A stretch of DNA of 64,000 nt from Chiloscyllium plagiosum (Eukaryota), in NCBI RefSeq assembly GCF_004010195.1, contig NC_057753.1, forward strand, positions 6,075,520-6,139,519. The letters run 5' to 3'. The position numbers and the translations under genes are program-made. The notes under the pieces were generated by a model that did no database searches, was not told the DNA's origin, and saw only the letters and a list, made by a program, of their open reading frames with translations. Position 1 is the first letter of the stretch. Every line of letters starts with the position of its first letter. Below are positions 46,822 to 60,225 of the stretch, one piece after another.

Positions 46822-49800
46822 GGCTCCTATACTCAATTCCTCTTGTTATGAAGACCGGCATGCCATGAGCTTTCTTCACTGCAGGCTGTACCTGCATGCT
46901 TGCTTTCATTGACTGATGTACAAGAACACTTCGATCTCGTCGTATTTCCCCTTTGCCTAACTTGACTCCATTTAGATAGTAATCTGCCTTCCTGTTCTTG
47001 CCACCAACTTGAATAACCACACATGTATCCACATTAAAGTGCATCTGCCATGCATCTGTCCACTCATCTAGCCTGTCCGAGTCACCCTGAATTCTCATAA
47101 CATCCTACTCACATGTTGTGGTTCTGTTCGTCGACCTGGAAATGTTTGTTGCAAACGTTTTGTCCCCTGTCTAGGTGACATCCTCAGTGCTTGGGAGCCT
47201 CCTTCAGTGCACAAATGTATTAAGGTTATTAAAGTTTGGGTGCTCGTTGTTGTGGTTCTGTTCGCCGTGCTGGAAGTTTTTGTTGCAAACGTTTCGTCCC
47301 CTGGCTAGGTGACATCATCAGTGCTTGGGAGCCTCCTGCGCAGCGCTTCTTTGATGTTTCCTCCGGTGTTTATAGTGGTCTGTCCCTGCCGCTTCCTGTT
47401 GTCAGTTTCAGCTGTCCGCTGTGGTGGCCGGTATATTGGGTCCAGGTCGATTTGTTTGTTGATGGAGTTTGTGGATGAGTGCCTGCTTCTAGGAATTCCC
47501 TGGCTAGCCAGGCAGAGAACAGCCAGGGAATTCCTAGAAGCATGGCACTCATCCACAAACTCCATCAACAAACACATCGACCTGGACCCAATATACCGGC
47601 CACTACAGCGGACAGCTGAAACTGACAACCGGAAGCGGCAGGGACAGGCCACTATAAATGCCGGAGGAAACACCACAGAAGCGCTTCACAGGAGGCTCCC
47701 AAGCACTGAGGATGTCAGGGGACAGGGGACAAAACGTTTGCAACAAAAATTTCCAGCTCGGCGAACAGAACCACAACAACGAGCACCCGAGCTACAAATA
47801 TTCTCCCAAACTTTGAATCCTACTCACATTTCACCCTGCTACCCAGCTTTGTGTCATCAACAAATTTGCTAATATTACTTTCAATAGCTTCATCTATATC
47901 ACTATTGTATATTGTAAACAGCTGCATTCCCAGTATCGAACCTTGTGGTACTGTACTGGTCACTGCCTGCCATTCTGAAAGGGACCTGTTTATCATGACC
48001 CTTTGCTTCCCGTCACCCAGCCAACTTTCTATCAAAATCAGTGTTTTGTCCGAATACCATGTGCCCTAATTTTGCTCACTAAGCGCCTGTGTGGGACTTT
48101 ATCAGAGACTTTCTGAAAGTCCAGGTATATGGTATCCACTGGCTCTCCCTTGTCCATCTTCATAGTTACAGCCTCAAAAAATTCTTCAAGATTAGTCAAG
48201 CACGATTTCTCCTTCGTAAATCCATGCTGACTCTAAACTACCCTGTTACTGCTATTCAAATGAATGGTAATTTCATCTTTTATTATTGACTTCAATATCT
48301 TTCCCACCACTGACTGGTCTGTAATCCCTGTTTTCTCTCTCCCTCCTTTCTTGAAAAGTCAGACATTAGCCACCCTCCATTCTGCAGGCATTGATCCTGA
48401 ATCTATAGAAGATTGGAATATGATTACCAATGCGTCCACGATATCAAGAGCCACCTCCTTAAACACCCTGGGATGCAGACCATCAGGTCCCAGGAACGTA
48501 TCAACTTTCGCACCTAAGTCTATCAAACACCATTTCATGCCTAATATAACTTCCCTTCAGTTCATCCATTACCCTAGGTCCTTCATCCACTATTACATCT
48601 GGGAGCTTGCTTGTGTCTTCCCCCAGTGAAGACAGATCCAAAGTACCTCTTCAACTCTTCTGCCACTTCCTTGTTCCCCATAATAAATTCACCTGTTTCC
48701 ATCTTCGAGGATCCATTTTTTTTTTCTTTTCACATACCTAAAAAAAGTTTACTATCCTCCTTTATTTTTGGCCCGTTTCCCTTCGTACCTCATTTTTCCT
48801 CCACATATTGTCTTTTAGTTATCCTCTGTTGCTCTTTACATGTTTCCCACTCCTCCAGCTTTCCGCTCATCTTTGCTATGTTACACTTTCTCTTTTATCT
48901 TAATGTAGTCCTTAACTTCACGGCTGCCCCTGCCTCCCCTTAGGATCTTACTTCCTTTTTGGAATGAACTTATCCTGAACCTTCTGCATTATTTCCAGAA
49001 AGACCTGGCATTGTTATTCCACTGCCATTCCTGCTAGGGTATTGAACCATTAAACTTTGGTCAGCTCCTCCCTGATAGCTCCATAATTCTCTTTGTTCAA
49101 CTGAAATGCTGACACTTCTGGTTATCCCTTCTCCCTCTCACATTGTGGCTTAAAACTTATCATATTATGGTCACTAATTCCTAATGGCTCCTATACATCA
49201 AGGTCCCTGATCAAATCCGGTTCATTGCACAACACCAGGCCCAGAATTGCCTTCTCCCTGGTAGGGTCCAGTGCAAGCTGTTCTCAGAATCCATCTCAGA
49301 GGCACTCCACAAGCTCCCTTTCTGGGGTCCAGTACCATCCTGATTCTCCCAGTCAACCTGCATGTTGAAATCCCCCTTAACAACTGTAGGAATGCTTTTG
49401 CGACCGGCCAATTTCAATTTACACCCTATATCCAGACTATTGTTTGGGAGCCTACAGATAATTCCCATTAGGTAATCTCCCCTTGGAATTTCTCAGCTCT
49501 ATCCATGCTGACTCTGCATCTCCTAATTCTATGCCTCTCCTCCCCCCACTCACAAAGGACTGACTATCATTCTTCACCAACAGGGCCACCCACTCCCTCT
49601 GCTCATCGGCCTGTCCTTTCCATAGCATGTATGGCCTTGCATATTCATTTCCCAGGCCCCGTCCACTTGAAGCTACATCTTCCCACAACATCGTACCTGA
49701 CAATTTCCAGCTGAACCTCAAGCTCATTCACCGTATTTCTTATGCTTCATTGATTCATATATAATATTTTTAATTTATTACTCTCCTCACCCTTCCTATC

Positions 49801-49967
49801 AATCCCTATTTCACTTGACCATACGATATGATCCCTTCTTGAGTTTTCTGTTCTGTTGATTCTGTTGTCTTTCTTAACTCCTCTTATTCTCACTTTCCCT
49901 TTAACTTCCTTCTTGAATTTCCAGTTTGTCCCCTCACCCCTCCCCCCACCCCAACCCACTACTTAGT
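46822..49967 (-). mobile_element. Second CR1-family LINE (ORF1 end, APE, RT), internally deleted
   Basis: KLKILYMN, ESAWIELRNSKG, VKGDFNMQVDW, VPQGSILG..LFTIY..DID...SKFVDDTKL. Confidence 0.88.
47115..47816. mobile_element. Composite Penelope insertion: short fragment plus head-to-head inverted pair (~270-300 bp arms); intact hammerhead at 47285-47324 (-)
   Basis: ~47232-47505 is the reverse complement of ~47520-47814. 13-bp duplication atcctactcacat at 47102-47114 and 47817-47829. Confidence 0.9.
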
Positions 49968-50855
49968 TTGTTCTGTGTATGGACCCTATACAGTCTGTCT
50001 GAGACACCGATCTGGTTTGTGTATGGGTTTTGTGCAGTCCGTCTGGGACACCGATCTGCTCTGTCTATAGGTCCTGTACAGTCTGAGACAGTGATCTGGT
50101 CTGTGTATGGGTCCTGTGCAGTCTGTCTGCGACATCAATCTGTTTTTTCTTTGGGCTCTGTGCAGTCTGTCTGAGATACCGGTCTGCTCTGTCTATGGGT
50201 CCTGTACAGTCTGAGACACTGATCTGGTCTGTGAATGGCCCCGCCCTGTGCAGTCTGACTGCGACACCACTCTGGTCTGTGTATGGGTCCTGTGCAGTCT
50301 GCCTCAGGCACCAATCTGGTCAGTTCGTGGGATCTTCACAATCTGTCTGATGCAACAATCTGGTCAGACTAAGGCTCCAGTGCTGCCTGCCTGAGGCACT
50401 GATCTTGGGTAATGAAGGATTGTGGCTGTGGCACTGATCTGGTCTGACCAATATCCCTCTGCATTGTATCTGAGACACTGATCATGATCTAACAAAGGTG
50501 ACTTAGCACTGTGTCTCATGCTCCAATCTCATCTGTCAAAAGCCCTGTACTGTCTATCTGAGGCAACAATCTGATCTGTCTCTGACCCTTTTGCAGTCTG
50601 TCAGAAGCACTGACTGGCTTGTAAAAGGCTCCTGCGCTGTGTGTCTAAGGCACCCTCTGGTGTGTCAAAGACTCCTGCGCAGTATGTCTGAGGCACTGTC
50701 TGGTCTGTCAAAGGCTCCCGTGAAGTCTGTCTTAGCCACTGATCAGATCTTACAAAGTCCCATGTGCAGTGTGTCTGAGGTAGCATTCTGTTCTGAGGAA
50801 GGACCCTATGCAGTTTGTCTGAGGCGCCAGTCTAGCCTATCGTAGGCCCCACTGC
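49968..50855 (+). repeat. 44-bp minisatellite array (~20 units)
   Basis: Unit ~CTGTGTATGGGTCCTGTGCAGTCTGTCTGAGACACCGATCTGGT; 44-nt period counted from 49973. Confidence 0.9.
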
Positions 50856-51509
50856 AAGGTAAATAAGCTAAGTAAATAACTCTTTCTGTTGCCCTGCCTG
50901 GCACTTGACAGTCTGAATGCTATCTCTCTGTCACTTTATAAGAGATGTGAAAGGCTGAATGGCCTTCTGCTGTATGAATGTAGCAGGTTCTGCCAGAGAA
51001 TGGTCTGTACTTCCTGTACAAGAAGACTTGAGTGATTAAATACCAACCACATTTTGTTGTGTAACATTCATAAGGAGCTGAACTGCTTTTCTCCATTTTA
51101 AAAACGCTAACTGAATGGCGCCTTGGTGTTACTAAGCAGTTTTATGGTGCTGAATTGTTCTGTCACGAACGAAGTAGGACCAGAAATAGGCCATGCTGCC
51201 TGTCAAGCCTATTCCACCAATCGAAAGTATTACGGCTGATCTGTCTCTGGTCTCAACTACACTTTCTCATCTTCCCCAGAAATCTTGGGATTCTCATCGA
51301 ATAAAAATCTTGAGACTTCAAATTCCAAACCCTAAGCGTTCTCTAAAGGAAGACTTTCCTTCTCATCACTTCCAAAAGGGTAGATAAAGAGGTTTTGAAC
51401 TGTGCACTCAAATTCAATGATGCGGTCTCTCAGAAGTGTAAACTGCCTCTCAGCATGCTCACTGTTAACACAACTCAGGGTCGCGTGAGTATCATCAGAT
51501 CCCGTCCTA

Positions 51510-54500
51510 TTTTTTCGGCAGCATTTGGAGTGGGAGGAGTGACAGCGAGCACCAGATGCCCAATGGGAAGGTAAATTTAAAATATGAAAACTTACCTCGT
51601 GTATAGGCGGACTACACACTGAGCAGGAGTAGGGGACTGCTGGGTAAATGACGCTTTATATTTGGGCTGTTGCTTTACCCAAAACACTACTCGAGTAGTG
51701 TCTCTCATCCTCCTCCTGAAATCAAAACTAAACGGTTTTTGTGCACCGGATTGGTAAGGTGACTAGTTTCTTTTATAAAAGTTTTTCAGTAGTCTCGGGA
51801 ATTTTGAAGAGTGGGAATCGAGGTGAGGACAGTTGAATGTTCCTCCTGCACATTGTGGGAGGTAAGGGTCACCACTTGTGTCCCCGCTGAGTGCATCTGT
51901 GGGAAGTGCATCCAGCTCCTCGATAACCGCGTTGGGGAACTGGAGCTGGAGCTGCCTGAACTTCGGATCATTTGGGAGGCGGAGGGGATTATTGGGCGGA
52001 GTTACAAGAGTTGCCACCTCAGGTAAAAGAAGGTAAATGGGTTAACATCAGGGGACGGAAAGGGAACCAGCTGGCAGCACAGGCATTCCCTGAGGCCATT
52101 CCTCTTAACAACAAGTATACCGTTTTGGATACTGTTGAGAGGTGGGCGCGGTGGAAGATTTACCAGGGGGAAGCAATGGGCACAGATCTCTGGCACAGAG
52201 TCTGTCCCTGTTACTCAGAAGGAAATGGGGAAGACAAGCAGAGCATTAGTCATTGCGGATTCCATAGTTAGGGGGACAGAGAGAAGGTTCTTTGGGAATG
52301 AGAGAGACTCACAGTCGGTGTGTTGCCTCCAAGGTGCAAGGGTTCATGATGTCTCTGATCGTGTTTTCGGGATCCGTGAGGGGGAGGGGAACAGGCCCAA
52401 GTCGTGGTCCACATAGGCACCAAAGCCATAGGTAGGAACAGAGATGGGGAGTTAAGGCAGAAATTCGGGGAGCTAGGGTACAAGTTCAGAGTTAACAAAC
52501 AGATATGTTTACTCTGATTTTTTGCCCATACCCACGTGCTCACACGGCAAGGAATACGGAGAGAGAAGAGCTCAATACCTGGCTACAAGGATGGTGCAGG
52601 ACGGAGAGTTTTGAATTCCTGGATAATTGGGGTTGTTTCTGGGGTAGGTTGAAACTCTACAAACAGAATGGTCTTCACATGAACCAGGATGGGTTTAAAC
52701 TAATTCAGTAAATGGATCAGAACCTAAGTTGTTGTTTGTGTATACAGGAGGTTGAGAGTAGGGAGGCCAGAAATAAGGTTTTTAGTGTCTCAAGAAGGCA
52801 CTGGCAAGCAAGAAGTTGGTTTGAAGTGTGTCTACTTCAATGCCAGGAGGATTCGGCATAAGGTGGGTGAACTGGCAACATGGTTTGGTGTCTGGGATTT
52901 TGATGTTGTGGCCATTTTGGAAACATGTGTAGAGCAGGGACAGGAATGATTATTGCAGATTCTGGGACTTAGATGTTTCAGTAAGAAAAGAGAAAATGGT
53001 AAAAGGGGGTGGTTGAGACATTGTTAGTCAAGGATGGTATTACGCTTGTGGAAAGGACATTTAAGGACACATCAACTGAGGTAGTATGGGCTGAGGTTCG
53101 AAAAGGAGCGAGAGATCACCCTGTTGGAAGTTTTCTGTAGGCCTCCAAAAAGTTACGGAGATGTAGAGGATCGGATAGCAAAGATGATCCTCGATAGGAA
53201 CGAGAGTGAAAGAATAGTTTATTTTCAGGAGGGCCTTTAACTTACTAAATATAGACAGGGAATATTATAGTTCAAGTAACTTAAATGTGTCAGTTTTTGT
53301 CCAGTGTGCAGGAATGTTTCCTGACACAGGATGTAGATAGTCTAACAAGGAGCAAGGCCACATTGCATTTGGTCCTGGGTAATGAATCTGACCAGGTGTT
53401 AGATTTAGAGGTAGGTGAGCACTTTGGTAATAGTGACCACAATTCGGTTGTGTTTACTTTCGTGATGGAAATCGATAGGTATATACCGCAGAGCATAAGA
53501 GTTATAGTTGGGGCAAAGGCAATTATGATGCTATTAGACAGAGTGTAGGATGCATAGTGTGGGGAAGTAAACTGCAGGGGATTGACACATTTGAAATGTG
53601 GAGCTTATTCAAGGAACAGCTGCTGTGGATCCTTGATAAGCATGTACATGTCAGACAGGGAGGAAGTTGACGAGCATGGGTAGCGTGGCTTACTAAGGAA
53701 GTTGAATCTCATGTCAAGAGGAAGAAGAAAGCCTTTGTTAGCATAAGATGCGATCGCTCAGCTATGGCGCTTGAGAGTTACAAGTTCGCGAGGAAAGATA
53801 TAAAGAGAGAGCTAAGAAGAGCCAGGAGGGGACATCAGAAGGCTTTGGTGAATAGGATCAAGGAAAACTCTAAGGCTTTCTATAACTATATCAGGAATAA
53901 AAGAATGACTAGAGTAAGATTATGGCCAATCAAGAATACTAGTAGGAAGTTTTGTGTAGAGTCAGAGGAATGCTAAATGAATCATTTTCGTCAGTATTCA
54001 CACTAGAAAAAGATAGTGATGTCAAGCAGAATACTGAGATACAGGCTACTAGACTAGATGGGATTGAGTTTCACAAGGAGGAGGTGTTAACATTTCTAGA
54101 AAGTGCAAAGATTGATGTCCCCTGGGCCAAATGTGATATATCCTAGGATTCTCTGGGCGGCCATGGAGGAGATTGCAAAGCCTTTGGCTTTGATCTTTGT
54201 CACTGCTGTCAACAGGAATAGCGTCAGAAGACCTAGAGGAGGGTAAATGCTGTTCCCTTGTTCAAGAAGGGGAGTAGAGACAGCCTTGGTAAATAAAGAA
54301 CAGTGAGCCTGACTTCGGTTGTGGGTAAATTGTTAGGAAGAGTAATAACAGATAGGATTTGTAATAATTTAGGAAGGAATAAGTTGATTCAGGATAGTCA
54401 GCAACGGTTTTGTGAAGATAGGTCGTGCCTCACAAATCTTATTGAGTTCTTTGAGAAAGTGACCAAACAGGTGGATGAGTGTAAAGCATTCGATGTAGTG

Positions 54501-55150
54501 TATATGGATTTTCGTAAGGAGTTCAGTAAGGTTCCCCATGATAGGTTATTGCATAAAGTACGGAGACATGGGATTGAGGGTGATTTAGCTGTTTGGATCA
54601 GAAATTGACTAGCTGAAAGAAGACAGAGGGTGGTGGGTTGATGGGAAATATTCAACCTGGAGTTCAGTTACTAGTGGTGTACCACAAGGATCTGTTTTGG
54701 GTACACTGTTGTTTGTCATCCTTATTAATGACCTGGACGAGGGTGTAGCAGGATGGTTTAATAAATTTTCAGATGACACTAAGTTTGGTAGATTTACGGA
54801 TAGTGACGAAGGATGATATAGGTTACAGAGAGACATAGGTAAGCTGCAGAGTTGAGCTAAGAGGCAGCAAATGGAGTTTAAAGGGAAATGTGTGACATAA
54901 TTCACTTTGGAAGGAGTAACAGGAATGTAGAGTACTAGGCTAATGGTAAGATTCTTGGTAGTGTAGATGAGTAGATAGGTCTCAGTGCCCAGATCAATCG
55001 AATATTGCAAGTTGCCACTCAAGTTGATAGGATTGTTAAGAAGGCACGTGGGATGTTAGCTTTTATTGGTAGAGGGATGGCATTTTGGAATGATGAGGTA
55101 TGCTGCAGATGTACAAAACTGGTGTGGCCGCACTTAGAGTATTGCATACA
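51510..55150 (+). mobile_element. Near full-length decayed CR1 LINE (5' UTR, ORF1, ORF2 APE and RT)
   Basis: ORF1 VECSSCTLWEV...CICGKC and VIADSIVRG; ORF2 LKCVYFNARRI, SDHNSV, DRSCLTNLIEFFE, DVVYMDF.K.F.KVPH. Confidence 0.93.
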
Positions 55151-55625
55151 GGAGGTGGTGTAGAGGAGATTCACCAGATTGATTTCTATGAGGAGAGGTT
55201 GACCTGCCTGGGATTTTACTCACTAGAGTTTCGAGTTTAGAAGAGGGGATCTGATAGAAGTAAAAAGTTATTAAAGGGATGCTAATATAGAGAGGGGCAA
55301 AGTGCTTCTGTCGGTGGGTGAGATGAGAACTAGGGGACATGGCCTCAGGCTTAGGGAGAGTAGATTTAGGACAGAGATGAGGAGGAACTGCTTTTCCCAG
55401 AAAGTACTGAATCTATGGAGTTCTCCGCCTAAGGAAGCAGTAGAGGCTGCTTCATTAAATACATTGACGATAAGTTGGATGGGTTTTTCATGGTAGGGGG
55501 ATTAAGGAATATAATGATAATACAGGAAGGTGGGTCTGAGACTATACATAGATCAGTCATGATCTTAATGAATACGGAGCTGGATCAATGGGCCAAATAG
55601 CTTACTCCTGCTTCTATGACTATGT
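55150..55625 (+). mobile_element. CR1 3' fragment (different subfamily)
   Basis: RTRGHGLRLRESRFRTEMRRNCFSQKVLNLW. Confidence 0.82.
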
Positions 55626-55914
55626 TACAATGAGAAAAATGCTATAACCCAAGAAAACATGAAATTGGCCACTTCAACAGTAAGATTAAAGAAGTAGTTT
55701 ATTTGAATGAAGAGAAACTAGAGAAGTATGAGGTTTACAGGGATCTGAATGCGTTAGCACATGCATCACAAAAAAAATGCAAGTATAGCAAGTGCTTAGA
55801 AAGCGAAATGAATTGCTTCTTATTGCAAAAGAAATCGAGTATGCGAATTGTGATGTTTTGCTCCAGCTTCCAAGGTGTTGGTGAGAGCACATCTGTGAAC
55901 AGGGAGGGGAGTAA

Positions 55915-56205
55915 TGTGATGGTTCCATGGTTAGCACTGCTACTCATAATTGCCAGGAACGTACATTCGATTCCAGCCAGGCTGGAATTTGCATATTCTC
56001 CCCATGTTTCCTCTGTGTTCTCCAATTTCCTCCCAGAATCCAGGTATGTGCAAGCTATGGGAAATACAGTATTATAGGGATAAGGTAGCAGGGTATGTCT
56101 GAGCTGGACGCTCTTCAGTGGTGTGTGTGTGTGTGCGTGGGGTGGGGGGGGGGGGGGCGCTGCTTGATGTGGTTTCAATGGGGTGAATCGTCTATTTCCA
56201 CACTA
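55915..56205 (+). mobile_element. Highly diverged V-SINE
   Basis: atggttagcactgct head, ggaatttgcatattctcccc and tttcctcccagaatcc. Confidence 0.6.
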
Positions 56206-56794
56206 TAAATCTCTGAATTTATTCCAAGGACAGGATAATATTGTAGTTGCTGATCGGATGTATTTTGATTGGTGTTTTGAGGGAATCTTATTAAAAAATT
56301 GAAGATTCTGAGAAGTCTTGACCAGTTGGATGCTGAAAAATTGTTTCTTCTTATAAGAAGGACTAGACGACGGGGTGCACTTGAAAATATGAAGTCACCC
56401 ATTTCAGATGGAGGTGTCGAAAGTGCTTTCACTCACAGGATCATGGGTCTTAGGAAATCTGCTCCAGAAACCGATGGAGTCAGGGTGATTAAAATTGTTC
56501 AGTGCATAGATGGATAGATTATTAATTGTAAGGGAGTCAAAGTATTTTTGAGACGTGTGGGAATGTGCAGTTGAGACAGGTTTTATCAAATGGCAGAACA
56601 GACTTAAGGAACTAAGTGTCCTGCTGCACTCGTAATCCTTATGCGGCTATGCATGTTAATATAATCATAAGATCTTTGCTGAGCAAACAGGATGCTGATA
56701 TTTTAATAAATATCTCCAAGTCAAGTTAGTTCAATTTGAAGGGCATACTCTTCCCTATGTGAGGGGATCATGGGCCATCTTTTTAATTTTACTA

Positions 56795-57760
56795 AAACCA
56801 TAAGACATGGCAGCAGAAATTATGCCATTAGCCCCATCAATGCCACTCTACCATTCAATCATGGTTGATAGCTTTTTCAACGCCATTTTCCCACTTTCTT
56901 CCAGTAACTTTCGATCTCCTTGGGAATCAATAACTTATCTACCTCTGTTTTAAACGTACTCAATGAACGGGCCTCCACATCCCTCTTTGATATCGAATTT
57001 CACAAATTCCCCACTCTCTGGCTGAAGAAGCTTCTCCTGATCTTTGCTCTGAAAGGATTTCTCTTTACTCTAAGGCTGTGCCCTCATGCTGTAGTCTCTC
57101 CTACCAATGGAAACATCTTTCCAATATCCATTCTGTCTACGCCATTCAATACTCTGCAAGGTTTAATCAGATCCATTTTCGTTCTTCTAAACTCCATTGA
57201 GTATAGTCACGGAACCCTCAAGCATTCCTCCTGTGTTCAGCCTTTCATTCCTGAGATGATTGCCGTGAACCTCCTCTGGACTCGTTCCATGCCCAATACA
57301 TGTTGCCTAAGGTATGGGACCAAAACTTGCTCACAAAACTTTAAATGTTGTCTGACGAGAGCCTTATAATGCCTCCGAAATACATTGGTTTTTTTTAATT
57401 CCAGTCTTCTCAACATGAATGACAATGATGTATTTCCCTTCCTAACCATCAACTTAACCTGTAAGTTTACCTAAAGAGAACCGTGGATGAAAACTCCCAA
57501 GTCCATTTGCACTTCAGATTTCTGATTTTTCTCTTCATTTAGAATATAGTTCATGCCTGTATTCTTACTATCAAAGTGAATGGCCTCACACTTTCCCACA
57601 TTGTATTTCATCTGCCACTTCTTTGCCGACTCCGCTCATGTAAGTCTTTCTCCAATTTCGCCTTCCCCTCAATACTACCTGGACCTCAATCTATCTTTGT
57701 ATCATCTGCAAATGTAGCCAGAATGCCCTCAGTTTCTTCATCCCGATCATCAAAGTATAA
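56795..57760 (-). mobile_element. CR1 3' fragment
   Basis: YKALVRQHLKFCEQVLVPYLR...MERVQRRFT. Confidence 0.85.
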
Positions 57761-58302
57761 GAGAAGAATTACTAAATATTTATTTTAACTTATTTTTCTA
57801 ATTTCTTACACTAAATTATTTCATTCTCGAACAGTCAATTCCAAGTTCCAGTTCCCTAACCTGACTCTGAGATTCGTTTTCCATTGCGTTGTGTGATGCC
57901 CTCAGAAAATCCCCACAGCCAACCTTCTTGAAAGAATCGATTTCAGTGGCAGATGTTGTCATGTTTGTTTCAGGCCCAAAAGAGTTTCCACTGTTTCCAG
58001 GAACGCTGATAGATGAAACCAGGCAGCTGTCAGGAACTTAAATTCTCCAATTACATCTACCATCGCAGGGGCAGCAGCTTTCATTTCTGCAGCAGATGTG
58101 ATGAAAGTAGAAATCAGGGATCTGTTGAGAAACTGAATTCTCCATGGAAAAACTAACATCGTGGGAGCAGCGGCCTTCATTTCTGCAGCAGGAGCGGCAA
58201 ATTTGACCCTGATAACCGAGAAGAGTATCTATGCCCCATACTATGCTATCCACAATTACTACAACACTTCTCTGCCCCCACTTGACTGCCTCCCTGCACC
58301 AC

Positions 58303-58945
58303 GGTTGATAGGGCTGTTAAGAAGTGTGTTGGCTTTTATTGATAGAGGGCTTGAGTTTTGGAGCCACGAGGTAATGTTGCAGCTGTACAAAACTCTGGGG
58401 TGCGGCTACATTTGGAGTATTGTGAACAGTTCTGGTCACCGCATGATAGGAAAGATGGGAAAGCTTTAGAAAGGGTTCAGAAGAGATTTAATAGGTTGCT
58501 GCCTGGTATGGAGGGAAGGTCTTATGAAGAAAGGCTGAGGGACATGGAGCTGTTTTCGTTAGAGACAAGAAGGTTGAGAGGTGACTTAATTGAAATATGT
58601 AAGTTAATCAGTGAGTTCGATAGGTTGGAAAGTGAGAGCCTTTTTCTTCGGATAGCAGTGGCTAGCATGAAGGGACATAGCTTTAAATTGAGGGATGATA
58701 GATATAGGAGAGATGTCAGAGGTAGTTTCTTTTGCTCAAAGATTAGTCGGGACGTGGAATGCACTGCCTGCAACAACAGTGGACTCTCCAACTTTAAGGG
58801 CATTTAAACGGTGATTTGAATGGTATGTGGATGAGCAGTGAATAATGTAGGTTATATGGGCTTCAGATTGGTTTCACAGTTCGGTGCAACATCGAGGGCC
58901 GAAGAACCGATATTGCACTTTAATGTTCGATGTACTATATTCTAT
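58303..58945 (+). mobile_element. CR1 3' fragment
   Basis: HLEYCEQFWSPH...ALERVQKRF...LRGDLIE. Confidence 0.9.
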
Positions 58946-59505
58946 TCTTACAAACGCCAATGTATTTTAGCTGAAACCTGTCCAGTCTTTATTTGACAGG
59001 ATTAATCCTTTATCTTCATAATCTATGGAATGAGCCTTCATTGAACTGAATCCAGTGGATGACTATTCTTTCTCGGCCACAGAAACTAAAACTACACATG
59101 TACTTCACACGTGCTTTCACTAAAACTGGTCAACTGCAGTAACACTTCCCTATGTTTATACGTGTTTCTCTTTGCAATATGTGCTAATGTTCTGGCTTTC
59201 CCGCTCTCCAGTCGGTAATGGCTTATGTGAACTGAATGACCTCCTCCTATCCATCTGTAACAGACACCTGGAGGCAGATGTCATCCTCCTGTTGTTGCAT
59301 GAAGTCTTTGATAACAAGTCACTTAAAAGTTCTAGCAGTATTACACAAAATCAATGAGTCATAAATTCTGTTAACCTGGTTTCTAATCTATGTAAACTTC
59401 CCCACCATTGCATTTATGCATTGTTGTGTATGTCCAGGTTTTATTCCCGTCTCCTTCTATAAACAAGATGCAATGTCTACAGCCCTGCAGCCATCTGTCA
59501 CTCGT

Positions 59506-59810
59506 GGGCATCACGGTGGCACTGTGGCTAGCACTGCTGCCACACAGTGCCAGAGACCCGAGTTCAATTCCCGCCTCAGGTGACTGACTATGTGGAGTTT
59601 GCACATTCTCCCCGTGTCTGCGTGGGTTTCCTTTGGGTGCTCCGGTTTCCCCCCACAGTCAAAAAATGTGCAGGTTAGGTGAATTGGCCATGCTAAATTG
59701 CCCATAGTGTTAGGCGCAGGGGTAAATGTAGGGGAATGAGTCTGGGTGGGTGCACTTCGGCGGGTCGGTGTGGACTTGTTGGGCTTGTTTCCACACTGTA
59801 AGTAATCTAA
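59506..59810 (+). mobile_element. Full-length HE1-type V-SINE
   Basis: Closely similar to 45852-46168. Confidence 0.92.
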
Positions 59811-60225
59811 ACTAGTGCCACAGATGACAAGGATTGAAAGGTTGCAGTTAGCTTCTTGACCATTTCCACTATCCCTCCCTCAGCAACCCTCATTTATCCC
59901 AGCCAGACTAAATGTTCTCATTTGTTGTGATATGAAAAGTGCTGTTTTGAAAAGGGTTAACTGAAACTGCTTGTTCACTGACTGTGATTACGCTCACTCT
60001 CTTTGGATCCTGATTGTTTCACGAGGGGTTTACCTCTTGCATAAAAAAACAAGCTCCTCTCAATGTGTTATCCTGTAGCACCAGCAGGAGCATCACCTGC
60101 AACACTAATAGAGGTCAGCGATTCCAGAAAGAGGAGAGTGGAAAGATCAGAATCTCATAACAACAGACTGGGATGTTCCAACACTGTGTCAGAATCTGAG
60201 AATAACTGAGAGCTATGTTCCAACA

